The notes below the pieces were generated by a model. It saw only the letters and a list, made by a program, of their open reading frames with translations, made no database searches and was not told where the DNA came from. The position numbers and the translations under genes were made by a program. From NCBI GenBank assembly GCA_963777155.1, contig CAVZPM010000014.1, positions 1 to 37,485 on the forward strand: a stretch of 37,485 nucleotides of DNA, written 5' to 3'. Below, piece after piece: positions 27,562 through 37,485 of this stretch (position 1 is its first letter; every line of letters begins with the position of its first letter). This DNA comes from Candidatus Bathyarchaeota archaeon. GTDB lineage: Archaea > Thermoproteota > Bathyarchaeia > Bathyarchaeales > Bathycorpusculaceae.

Positions 27562-28509
27562 ATGAACAACTGCGAAAAAGCCCAATACATATCGCAATGC
27601 CTTCAACTAGCGATAATGCTAGAAGTCAGCAGCCAAAAACCAGGCAACGTTAGCTTCACATCAAGCTTTGAGGGAACAAGAGTCGAGCATTTTTTAGCTT
27701 CAGCCATTGCGGCAGGTCCAGATTTTCAGGAAGCAGCTTACCTTGGGACATCGGTCGTTGAGAAAAAACTTGAAGTCGGCAAGATAGGAATAGGAAAGCT
27801 CATCAAAGACTGCGCCACAGATATCAATGCTTGGCAGAAGGGCGGAAACACAATCCTTGGCACGGTAATGCTGTTTGTTCCCATCGCGGTTGCTGCAGGA
27901 ATGACTCCAATGAAAGAAAATCATTTTTTTGATTTTTCCCAAATGCGGAAAAACATCGATTTAGTTGTTAAGTCGACTACTGCTTGGGATTCAGTTCACC
28001 TCTATGAAGCTGTGGATATTGCCAGCCCCAGCGGGCTTGGCGAGGCACCCGACCTTGACGTTTCCGATCCATCTTCTAAAGAGCGGCTGCTTAAAGAGAA
28101 TGTAGGGTTGTTCGAGGTTTTCAAAATCGCCCAAGGATACGACAATATCTGCTTCGAATGGGTCAACAATTACCAAATAACTTTCGACTTAGCCTACCCT
28201 TACCTGATGAAGCAACTTGAAACCAAACCGCTGAACACAGCAGTCGTACACACTTTCCTAAAAATCCTCGCAGAACATCCTGACACCTTCATCGCCCGCA
28301 AAGTGGGTAAAGAAAAAGCCGTTGAAGTATCGCAAGAAGCAAAGGCAATTTTGGAGCTTGGTGGCTTAGAAACTGCAAAAGGAAAACAAAATCTTTCTGC
28401 ATTCGACAGAAAACTCCGAGTAAAAGGCAACTCAACCAACCCCGGTACTACGGCCGACTTAACGGCGGCAGCACTGGCACTCTGCACCCTTAACGGATAC
28501 AGACCCTAA
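27562..28509 (+). CDS. citG: CitG-family triphosphoribosyl transferase (archaeal, H4MPT-associated 'Orf7' type)
   Basis: LEVSSQKPGNV; NTILGTVMLFVP; PDTFIARKVG; NPGTTADLTAA. Confidence 0.9.
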   Translation: MNNCEKAQYISQCLQLAIMLEVSSQKPGNVSFTSSFEGTRVEHFLASAIAAGPDFQEAAYLGTSVVEKKLEVGKIGIGKLIKDCATDINAWQKGGNTILGTVMLFVPIAVAAGMTPMKENHFFDFSQMRKNIDLVVKSTTAWDSVHLYEAVDIASPSGLGEAPDLDVSDPSSKERLLKENVGLFEVFKIAQGYDNICFEWVNNYQITFDLAYPYLMKQLETKPLNTAVVHTFLKILAEHPDTFIARKVGKEKAVEVSQEAKAILELGGLETAKGKQNLSAFDRKLRVKGNSTNPGTTADLTAAALALCTLNGYRP

Positions 28510-28582
28510 CATGCCATAATTCCCAGCGTTACCTTTAATATTTAAAAACCCGCTAGCAAAGATACTCTAAAGGTGAAAGTTT

Positions 28583-29548
28583 ATGGGTAAAGCACTAAGC
28601 ATAAACCAAATGGCTTGGGAAAAAGCTCAAAAATTTATCGATAACCCAGAATTCTATGGTGTAACAGTCTCAAAATCCGCTGCTGGAGCCACAATCATCG
28701 ATGCAGGCGTAAATGCTCCGGGCGGTTTTCAAGCAGGTAAGAAACTGACTGAACTCTGCTTGGGTGGCGCTGGAAAAGCTCAATTGGGCTTCAAGACCTA
28801 CGGCGACTTAACTTTTCCCTCGATTACTGTTTCGTCAGATCATCCGGCGATTGCCATGTTAGGTTCACAGTTTGCGGGTTGGCGCATCAAAGAACCAGAC
28901 GGCTCCATAGCCATCGGTTCAGGTCCAGTGCGCGCTTTAGCATTAAAACCCAAGGACCTCTATGAGGAACTTTGCTACAAAGACCAAAGCGACAAAGCGG
29001 TTATTACCTTGGAAAGCAACGTTTTGCCCTCTGACACGCTTATCGAAAAAGTGACCACCGCCAGCGGCGTTTCTGCAGCCAACTTGATTGTGGTTGTTGC
29101 TCCAACTGCAAGCATTGCAGGTTTAACACAGGTCGCAGGCAGAGTTGTTGAAGTGGGCATTCACAAACTAAAAACCCTCGGATTAAGCCCCAAAGTTATC
29201 CGTTACGCGATGGGTTACGCTCCAATTCCACCAGTCGGCAAAGACTTCGACGTTGCCATGGCACGAACCAACGACGCCATCCTCTACGGCGGAACAGTCT
29301 ATCTCACCGTTGACTACGACGATGAAGCAGCACTGCAAAACATCGTTAACCAAGCCCCATCAATGGCATCCAAAGACTATGGCAAGCCGTTCCTGCAGAT
29401 TTTCCGCGAAGCCGACAAAGACTTCTACAAAATCGACCACGGCTTATTCGCCCCAGCTGTGCTGATGATTAATAATGCAAAAACAGGAAAAACCTTCAAA
29501 GCGGGAAAAATAAACCCTAAGGTATTGGCAGAATCCTTAGGATTCTAA
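28583..29548 (+). CDS. mch: Methenyltetrahydromethanopterin cyclohydrolase
   Basis: GSQFAGW; GSGPVRAL; RVVEVGIHKL; MARTNDAILYGG; DFYKIDHGLFAPA. Confidence 0.96.
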   Translation: MGKALSINQMAWEKAQKFIDNPEFYGVTVSKSAAGATIIDAGVNAPGGFQAGKKLTELCLGGAGKAQLGFKTYGDLTFPSITVSSDHPAIAMLGSQFAGWRIKEPDGSIAIGSGPVRALALKPKDLYEELCYKDQSDKAVITLESNVLPSDTLIEKVTTASGVSAANLIVVVAPTASIAGLTQVAGRVVEVGIHKLKTLGLSPKVIRYAMGYAPIPPVGKDFDVAMARTNDAILYGGTVYLTVDYDDEAALQNIVNQAPSMASKDYGKPFLQIFREADKDFYKIDHGLFAPAVLMINNAKTGKTFKAGKINPKVLAESLGF

Positions 29549-30157
29549 ATTTTTCTTTTTCTATTGTAGCATTTTGCTCGCGACATTACGCGCAGACTGT
29601 TACGCCATAATTGCCAATCGGTATTGTGTAGAGTGCCACTATTGCGTTGAAGATGGCACCTAAAGGCAAGAATGCCAATACTGCTTCTTGAGGCATCGAA
29701 AAACCAATTGGGTAGGGCTGCTGCAACGCAAAGTAATTGATAACAGTAACAGTAGAACGCGCAATGGCAGATTCCCATATCCTGTTGCTGACAAGCTGAA
29801 TAACGCAAGGTGTTTCTTTAAGTAGTGTACCGAAGTTTTCAGTTTTGCAACCTCGCTTTGCAAACCAGTATGGCAAGTAGATTCCAAGAAACATCGCCAT
29901 CACGGCTGCAAAGTTGTAGAATGGTCCTGTAGGTAAGCGCCTGGGAAAATAACCAGCAAAATAAGAGTGTTGATTATGCTACACGATTATTCCGGATTTG
30001 GGTCCAACCATGAGGAAAGCTGATGACTATAGGAATTTCCCATAGTTGGAAATATAGGAATGGCTCTAATGGGAAGGGGATTTTTGGTCCATAAATGTTT
30101 AGGGCTAGCTGCTAGGGCTGTAAAGACTATTATTAGTGAGAGGGCTTTGGTGTTCAA
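29545..30157 (-). CDS. ECF-transporter S-component-like membrane protein (multiply frameshifted)
   Basis: Joined frames: MNTKALSLIIVFTALA...PFLYFQLWEIPIV...VGPKSG...LPTGPFYNFAAVMAMFLG...VINYFALQQP...LPLGAIFNAIVALYTIP. Confidence 0.55.
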
Positions 30158-30326
30158 TGTTTGTTCCTCGTTGTTTGTGTTCAGTCTCTTGTTACCTATT
30201 TAAGAGTAATTACCCAAAAAAGAGTTATTGAATTGGGCTAAAATTGATAAACAAGCCAACAATTAAAGTAGTACAGTGAAGCAGCGTTGACGGAAACAAC
30301 CCTACAAATTCTCATCTTCAGGCGAA

Positions 30327-31542
30327 GTGAAACGTTGGCTTGAAAACCAAACCAGCTCCATCCTCACACCCGTACATGCACAAGCCAAAAAACTACGCGA
30401 CGACATGAACACTTCACTCCAAGCAGTCGCAGATGTCAGCAAAATGCTCTTCGACATCAGTTCCAAAGAGATAGAAAAAAGGAACATGAAAGTCTACAAC
30501 CGCGCCAGAGCCCTAAACAAGCTCGCCCGACTATTCCTCGATCGCCTCAAAAAACTTAGCCCTCCTGAACAAGTCTCTTATGAGAGCCTAAGTCGGTATG
30601 TCCAAGAAACCCAGAAAGTCATGATTGTAACAGACATTGACATCAAGAACTGGTTTCCACGAATCTCACCCTTCTTCATTATGGATAGACGAAAATTCTT
30701 AGCCATTTATGAACGTGCCAAACAAGCTTACACGACCCTAAACGATTACGTCTCCAAAGAATATGTTAAGACTAAGACTTTGGAAGAAGCTCTGCAGCAA
30801 ATTAATGAGCTACAAAACGTCGAAAAACAGTTAATAATACTTGGCGAAGAAAAAGAAAACATAAAGAATGAACGCAAACCAATCGAGCAGGACATAGCCG
30901 TTTTAGAGGAAAAAATAAACGAACTCAAAAGCAAAGGACCAATCGACAAGCTCAACATGGTTAATTGCGAAATCGAATCCTTAAGCAACGAGTTAAAGCA
31001 TGAACTTAGGCACTTGCAGAAACCCTTCATTAAAATGCAAGCCTTAGCCACAGGTGGCGGTGGCGGAGGAATTACACCAGACGAACTAAACAAGATAAAT
31101 CAGTACTTGGAGAAGCCGTTTGAAACATTGGTATCGGAGAAACCGGGTTATCCACTGCTTAAAGAAATCCTGCAAAAACTCGAAGATGTTGCTAGCTGAG
31201 GATAAGTTAAAGTTAAAACCTGATAAGGCTCGGAAAGCGACAGAATCCGTAGCTGAGATTCTGCATAAGGATTCTTTGGCGAAACTGCAGTTTCGATGCG
31301 CAGAGATGGCAACCAATAAAGAACAGTTGTTGGCGTCGGCGAAGATGGATGAAATAAATCAGAGTCTAACCCAATTCATGGAACAGGTTAACCTGCTAAA
31401 AGCTAGGAAAACAAGCGTAGAAACCCATGAAACTGTTAAAGAAAACGCCTACAAAGAAGCTAAGGATAAAATCAGCAGCCTAAAACGCACAATCGAGAAA
31501 AACGTCTACAATTCAATCGACAAAAAAATCCAAATAATTTAG
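30327..31542 (+). CDS. Long coiled-coil hypothetical protein (frameshift near 31190)
   Basis: ORFs 30327-31199 and 31120-31542 join as ...LQKLE/MLLAEDKLKLKPDKARK; heptad-rich. Confidence 0.75.
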
Positions 31543-31800
31543 ATTCTAAAACCCGCTTTACTGATGTATCCTTAGATTATTCTACCCTATCGATTTTATC
31601 TGGAACTGATTTCATGTAATAACTTTGCATGAAATATAGGGTACCTGAGAGATCGTACCGCCCTAACTCAATGCAATCCGACTTCATAAAAGGAGATTAT
31701 GGTTTTTTTCAAGATAGTCGAACTGGGTTTATCAGCATGCTTTTATTTGCGTGGCAACTATCCAGTAAGCAAATTCACCTCCGTGGAAGGGCAAACCCTG

Positions 31801-33331
31801 ATGGCTGAACTAAGAACCCAAGAACAACAACTCCTTTCAGCATTGGAAACACTCGGCGGGAAGGCAACCGTTGACCAACTTATCCAAACCTGCGGAATCC
31901 AAGATTCAGCCGTAATGCGCACAGCTCTAACGCTACAAGAAAAAACATTTGTTACCATTCACGCAAAAATCCAAACCATAATCAAACTAACGCCAGAGGG
32001 CGAAAAATACGCCAAGGATGGCCTACCAGAACGCAAACTTGTCCTCGTCACCGCAGAACTGGGTGGAATAGCAGACCTTAAAAAAGCTGCGGAACAAGCA
32101 GGACTTGAAGAGCAGTTTATTCAGATTGCACTTGGCTGGGTTATCAGAAAGAAATGGGCAACTTACACGCCGCAAAAAAACACTCTTCAAATCTCCGAAG
32201 TTCTCCTTCACCAAACTGTTATTCCTGAAGGATGTGACGAAACCCTCCTAAAACACCTGATAGAAAAGAAACAAGAAAGCCTTGATGACCTCAGCCCAGA
32301 TCTCCAGCAAGTGACTGAACAACTTAAAAAACGAAAACTCTTAACCGTCGAACTAAAAACTACTCGTACCATCCAAATCACCTCCGAAGGCAAAAGAGCC
32401 ACAGCCCAAGCTACAATTGCTCCCCCAGAAGTCACTCAGCTAACCCCTGATCTTATAATTACGGGGAAATGGAAAGAGGTTAAACTGCAGAAATACAATA
32501 TTGAAGCGCCTGTGTCAAAGACTTTTTCTGGAAAGAAGCATCCTTATTTACAGTTTCTTGATGAAGTCCGTGCCAAACTTGTTCAGTTGGGCTTCCAAGA
32601 GATGACTGGAACTGCTGTAGAAACGGCATTTTTCAATTTTGACGCTCTCTATGTGCCACAGGACCATCCAGCACGGGAACCCTCAGACATCTACTACATA
32701 AAGGACCCACGAAATGGGGAATTAACCAAACATGCCCAAGCGCTTGAACATGTAAAAGAAACCCATGAAAATGGTTGGAAAACAGGTTCGACCGGATGGG
32801 GATACAAATATTCGCTTGCAGCCGCTCAACGGTTAATCCTGCGTGGACACGGCACGTGTCTTAGCGCCCGAACCCTGGAAACAGGCAACTTCGAAGTTCC
32901 AAGCAGACACTTCTCCATCGCACGGGTTTACCGACCAGAAATCACCGACAAAACCCACCTCTCCGAATTCAACCAGGTTGAAGGCATTGTAATCGACAAA
33001 AACCTCAACCTAAAAGATCTCCTTGGCGTCCTGGGCAAGTTTGCGATGGAAATCGCTGGCGCAGACAAAATCCGCTTCAAACCCGACTATTTCCCCTTCA
33101 CCGAACCCAGCGTGGAACTCAGCGCCTACAAAGAAGGCTATGGCTGGGTAGAATTTGGCGGCTCAGGGATTTTCCGTCCCGAAGTCACCTTGCCGCTTGG
33201 CGTTAAGGAGCCTGTGATTGCTTGGGGGCTTGGGTGTTGACCGCTTGTTTATGATGCGTGCAGGCATTGAGGATATCCGCATGATTTTTAGCCAAGACCT
33301 CGGTTGGCTACGGAGAAAACAGGTGACATAG
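31801..33331 (+). CDS. pheS: Phenylalanyl-tRNA synthetase alpha subunit (extra base near 33233)
   Basis: [17 protein letters not shown]; [10 protein letters not shown]; [12 protein letters not shown]; GIFRPEV; AWGLG then [15 protein letters not shown] in a shifted frame to TAG 33331. Confidence 0.96.
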
Positions 33332-35042
33332 ATGCCCACAATCGATGTAGATTATACTGAACTGGAACGTTTGCTTGGTGTGACACTTAACGGAGACATG
33401 GAGAAACTCGACGAAATCCTTGCTTTCGTTAAGGGCGAAGTTAAGGCGTTTGACCAAAAAGAAGGCTCAGTCAGCATTGAAATGAAAGATACTGCAAGAG
33501 CTGACCTTTGGAGTGTTGAAGGCTTAAGCCGCGCATTGCGAGGGTACCTAAACCGCTCAAAAGGATTACAGCAGTATGCAGTTGGCAAATCAGCCGTCGA
33601 AGTCAACGTAGACGCCAAACTTTTCAATATTCGCCCTTACATTTGCTGCTCAGTTATCAAAGACATCCACCTATCAGACAACGTTATAAAAGGCATAATG
33701 CACCTGCAGGATAAACTTGACCAAACCCACGGTAGAAGCAGACAGAAAACCTCGATCGGCATCTACAATTTGGATCTGATTAAGCCGCCAATCGAGTACA
33801 CAGCTGTTAAGCCCGAAGAAGTAGAGTTTGTGCCGTTGGGTTTTAGCGAAAAAATGAGTTTAGACGAAATCCTGAAGCAGCACCCAAAGGGCGTCGAATA
33901 CAGTCATATCGTTAAGAAAAATCCTTCTTTATCCGATGCTGTTTGACAGCGAAGGCAAAGTTCTCTCGTTCCCGCCAATCATAAACTCTAACGATTTGGG
34001 CAAAATCACCGAGGAATCCCGCAACCTACTAGTCGAAGTCACAGGAACCGTACACAAAACAGTCCTAAACACTCTGAACCTGGTTACTTTGGCGCTTATT
34101 GACCGTGGAGGAAAAGCTTTCGGCGCAACTATCCATTACCCAGAAAAATCCGTTTACACCGAAGGCACCGTGGTTACGCCAAACTTTGACAGTAAACCCT
34201 TCAGTTTAAGCGTGAGGACACAAACCGCCTTCTGGGCTTAAAGTTGAATGCCACAGAGATTGCTGATTTGTTGTTGACGGCTGGGTTGGGCGTGGAGAAC
34301 ATTTCTGATGAAGCTATGACGGTTTTGGTTCCATGTTACCGCGTTGACGTTATGCATCAAGTGGACATAATCGAGGATGTCGCCATCGCCTATGGCTACA
34401 ATAACATCGAGCCTATTTGGCGTGAACTTCCCAACAACCGGTGCAGCAAAACCTGACCAACGATTCATCGATGTGGCACGGGAACTGATGGTTGGACTTG
34501 GCTACCAAGAAACCCTCAACACTACATTAACCAACCCAGAAAACCTCTTCAGAAAAATGAACGCCGAGCCCAACAAAAATCATTGAGTTATCCAACCCCA
34601 AAATAGTGACCATGACCTGCCTGCGCAACTGGCTTCTTCCAAGCCTCATGGAGTTCCTAAGCATCAACCAATCCGTAGAGTTTCCCCAGAAAATCTTTGA
34701 ACTCGGCAAAATAACACTTGCCCGACGAAACACGGGAAACCCAAACACGCGACGAAGACTGGCTAGCAGCAGCAACAACTCATCCAAACGCGAATTTTAG
34801 CGAAATCAAATCTGCTTTAGATTCGTTTATGGCTAATTTCGGCGTGGAATGGCAAATAAAAGAAACTATTCATCCAAGCTTCATTGATGGTAGAGTCGGC
34901 AAAGTCATCGTTGGCGGCGTAGAAGTTGGCGTTGTCGGCGAAGATTAATCCCTTAGCGCTTGAAGCATGGAAACTTGAGAACCCCGCGGCTGCTTTCGAA
35001 GTTAATTTCCAGAAAATCCTATCCGATAAATTAAACAAGTAA
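33332..35042 (+). CDS. pheT: Phenylalanyl-tRNA synthetase beta subunit (split by several frameshifts)
   Basis: MPTIDV; RADLWSVEGLSRAL; VLSFPPIINS; YRVDVMHQVDIIEDVAIAYGYN; LRNWLLPSL; HPSFIDGR in successive frames. Confidence 0.95.
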
Positions 35043-35053
35043 AATAAAAATGT

Positions 35054-35849
35054 CTAGAACCATGATAGGGTTCCGTTTTTCCTCGCGGTTTTCAGGCACC
35101 AAGTATAAGCCAAGTAGCCGACAGGCAGAATTATGGCGCACATCAAGCCCAAAACTGGCAAGGTCTGGCAGAATTGTCGTTATTGCTTGGCCAATCAGCA
35201 TGGGTCGGATGCAGGTGAAGAAGTAGTATTGTGGCACAAAGAAGCTGATTATTTGAAGGGGAAGCGGCATCACGGATATTGGGAAGAGTACGTTTCCAAA
35301 CAGGTTTGTCGCTAGTGTTATGATTGTGGTGACGGGGTCGCCTTGCTTTGTCAAGATCAACACTCCAGCGCCTATCATGCTGAACCCGATGAATGTTCCA
35401 ATTCCCAGTCCCACAACTATGATGGTTCCGATGATGTTGACGCTTAGGATTACACCGAAGGCGAACACACCCACCGACAGGTAAATTACAATGACAAGGG
35501 TGCTCCAGATGAAACCCCAAAGCGAGCTGCCTACAATAAAAGTTACCAGTCCAGTCGGGGAAACCAGCACTTCCTCTAGGCTCCATGGGTTGATGGTTCG
35601 CTGAACAAGCGTGAGGCTCTGAGATAGGTACGTGTTAAAGGCAAGCCCAATCAGCAGGTAAGTTACAACTGGCATACCGAGATTCTGAACGCTCGGCATG
35701 GAGGCGTTTGCGCCCCAGAACGCATATGAGAGTGCCCCAAAGAGCGCGCTGACTACGCTGAGCACTATGTTTGTTTTATAGGTCGAGAACGAGATGATGT
35801 CGCGTTTCATGAAGTAGTAGATTTTGTCCAGTTCCTGCGTCAACGTCAT
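35054..35849 (-). CDS. ABC-2 type exporter permease (3' frameshift)
   Basis: LEEVLVSP; FGNVLFPISVMPLPLQ; a shifted frame ends ARKNGTLSWF* at 35054. Confidence 0.85.
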
Positions 35850-36862
35850 CTGCTTGCACCAGTTCCCGTTAACTCGATGAATGCGTCTTCTAACGTTGGT
35901 TCCTCCTGCCGAAAAGTAATAAGCTTGATTTTTTCGCGGAAAAAGAAATCAAGCACCATCGGTAACGCATCCATGTTCTCTAAACGTACCCGAAGACGCG
36001 TCTGCCCAAGAACTGAATCCTGCACTTCTGAAGCTAGACCCGAGACCCCAGCCAAACCCCGCAGACTATTTACTTGTGCCTCAGACATGTTCTTGACTAT
36101 GATGTCGGCGACTTCACCCTTCTTCGTCATAGCCTTGAGCGCATCGGGAGTGTCTAAAGCGATAATTTTGCCTTTGTTCATTATGCCTACGTGGTCACAC
36201 ATTTGGGAAACCTCCTCGATGTAATGGGTGGTGTAGAGGATGGTTTTGCCATGTTTCTTGCTGAGATCGTTTTTTATAAAGTCCCTGATATTTCTTGACG
36301 AAGTAATATCCAATCCTGTAGTTGGCTCATCCAACAAAAGAATAGGTGGGTCAGCCAGCAAAGCCCTCGCTAAGGCAAGTTTTCTTTTCATGCCGCCTGA
36401 ATATTTCTGAAAAATCTCAAATGCCTTCTCTTGCATTCCTACGAGCTCCAAAACCTCCATGATTCTTCGTTGTCTGCCACTTCGGGGAACATTGTTTATG
36501 GCCGCGAAGAATTCCAAGTTGCTGTAGCCACTTAACCTCCAAAAGAAGCCGCGTTCACCAACGCTGAAAATAGTGCCGATTGACCGTTTTACTCGCATCT
36601 GCTCCTTGACAACATCAAAGCCGTTTACAGTGGCGGTTCCATAGTCAGGGGGCAACAGGGTGCATAGTATTTTAACGAGAGTGGTCTTGCCTGCCCCATT
36701 GAGTCCAAGGAGTCCAAAGAGTTCGCCTTTTTTTATGTTGAGGTTGAGGTTGTCGACGGCGTTTACTGAGAAGGTTTTACGGTGCAAAAGGTTGCTGTTG
36801 AGGGGTTTGGTTTTGTATGTTTTTGTCAAATTCATTGTTTGGATGGCGTAATCGTTCTGCAA
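35846..36862 (-). CDS. ABC-2 (DrrA-like) exporter ATP-binding protein
   Basis: GLNGAGKTT; YSGGMKRKL; LLLDEPTTGLD; EPTLEDAFIELTG. Confidence 0.93.
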   Translation of the reverse strand: MQNDYAIQTMNLTKTYKTKPLNSNLLHRKTFSVNAVDNLNLNIKKGELFGLLGLNGAGKTTLVKILCTLLPPDYGTATVNGFDVVKEQMRVKRSIGTIFSVGERGFFWRLSGYSNLEFFAAINNVPRSGRQRRIMEVLELVGMQEKAFEIFQKYSGGMKRKLALARALLADPPILLLDEPTTGLDITSSRNIRDFIKNDLSKKHGKTILYTTHYIEEVSQMCDHVGIMNKGKIIALDTPDALKAMTKKGEVADIIVKNMSEAQVNSLRGLAGVSGLASEVQDSVLGQTRLRVRLENMDALPMVLDFFFREKIKLITFRQEEPTLEDAFIELTGTGASR

Positions 36863-37099
36863 CCGTTAACCCCTTTTACCCAAAATTTCTATGAAATCTC
36901 AAAGAAAATTTTTGGTCAATTCTGTTAGAGTTTAATGCAACAATTAAGTATTTCTGCCTTAGAGCAAAATACCCCTTTCCGACATTTCACTGGCAGCAAA
37001 AAGCCAATGGAGCTACTTTTCATAGATTCTTAACACTGATATTTGGTTCTAGATTCGTTTAGTCAGCATTTAATTAGGACTTTTGAATCACAATCTTGT

Positions 37100-37485
37100 A
37101 TGTTTCGCTTCGTAGCTTTCTTGAGGGGAATTAATGTTGGCGGTCACATAGTTGTTAAAGAAAAACTACAAGACACCTTCAGCTCTCTAGGTTTTCAAAA
37201 CGTTTTCACCTACAAGCAAAGTGGAAACGTTGTTTTTGAGACTGATTCTACTGACTCTCAAGACGTGAAGTCAAAAATTGAGGAAAAACTCGCTATCACT
37301 TTAGGGTACAAGGTCCCAGTGTTTTTGCGGACATTTTCTCAGCTCAAAAGTATAATCAACCTCGACTCGTTTAAAAACCAAAACATAGAAGGCACAAGTT
37401 TTCTGGTAACTTTTCTACCATACCCCCTACTCACTTTTCCGTTGCAGCTCCCCCTAACAATTCCCAAGTCTACAGCACAGGTAAT
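37100..37485 (+). CDS. DUF1697 family protein (runs off the window end)
   Basis: MFRFVAFLRGINVGGH...LGFQNVFTYKQSGNVVF. Confidence 0.88.
   Translation, partial: MFRFVAFLRGINVGGHIVVKEKLQDTFSSLGFQNVFTYKQSGNVVFETDSTDSQDVKSKIEEKLAITLGYKVPVFLRTFSQLKSIINLDSFKNQNIEGTSFLVTFLPYPLLTFPLQLPLTIPKSTAQV

Noticed and set aside
27562-28509. Citrate lyase or malonate decarboxylase prosthetic-group function for citG
   Set aside because: No citCDEF/mdc genes in the window; adjacency to mch matches the H4MPT-associated subgroup
31637-31670. TPP riboswitch (GGG...CTGAGA)
   Set aside because: Lacks the downstream ACCTGA...TAATG...CGTAGG elements, and the context is not thiamine-related
499-36851. Numerous short ORFs antisense or internal to well-supported genes (e.g. 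8927-9292, 10548-10907, 35877-36224)
   Set aside because: Shadow frames of confidently identified CDSs with no independent motifs

Overview
Archaeal chromosomal window, most consistent with Bathyarchaeia (inference from gene repertoire: mch, archaeal CitG-like protein, NreA, archaeal-type PheS/PheT, TATA-driven leaderless genes). Bases 1-8.5 kb are an AT-rich, decayed accessory island ending in a tyrosine-integrase remnant on the 5' side of tRNA-Arg(UCG). The island holds a GNAT gene end, two surface-protein genes separated by duplicated gene remnants, an HEXXH metallopeptidase and microproteins. Bases 8.9-21 kb are mostly housekeeping: flippase, SPFH protein, NUDIX, ZnuBC-like ABC pair, coiled-coil protein, nreA, tRNA-Asp, a GT-C-like membrane protein and a NimA/PNPOx-like protein. 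Bases 21-30 kb hold the most interesting cluster: three paralogous Pol-beta-type (COG1665-like) nucleotidyltransferases. One is head-to-head with a CitG-like gene and mch, and a candidate structured small RNA precedes the other two. Bases 30-37.5 kb hold a coiled-coil protein, pheS-pheT, an ABC-2 exporter and a DUF1697 gene. Many frameshifts, including in essential pheS/pheT, point to indel errors in the assembly, so pseudogene calls are tentative. All family assignments are from motif recognition by eye; no searches were run.
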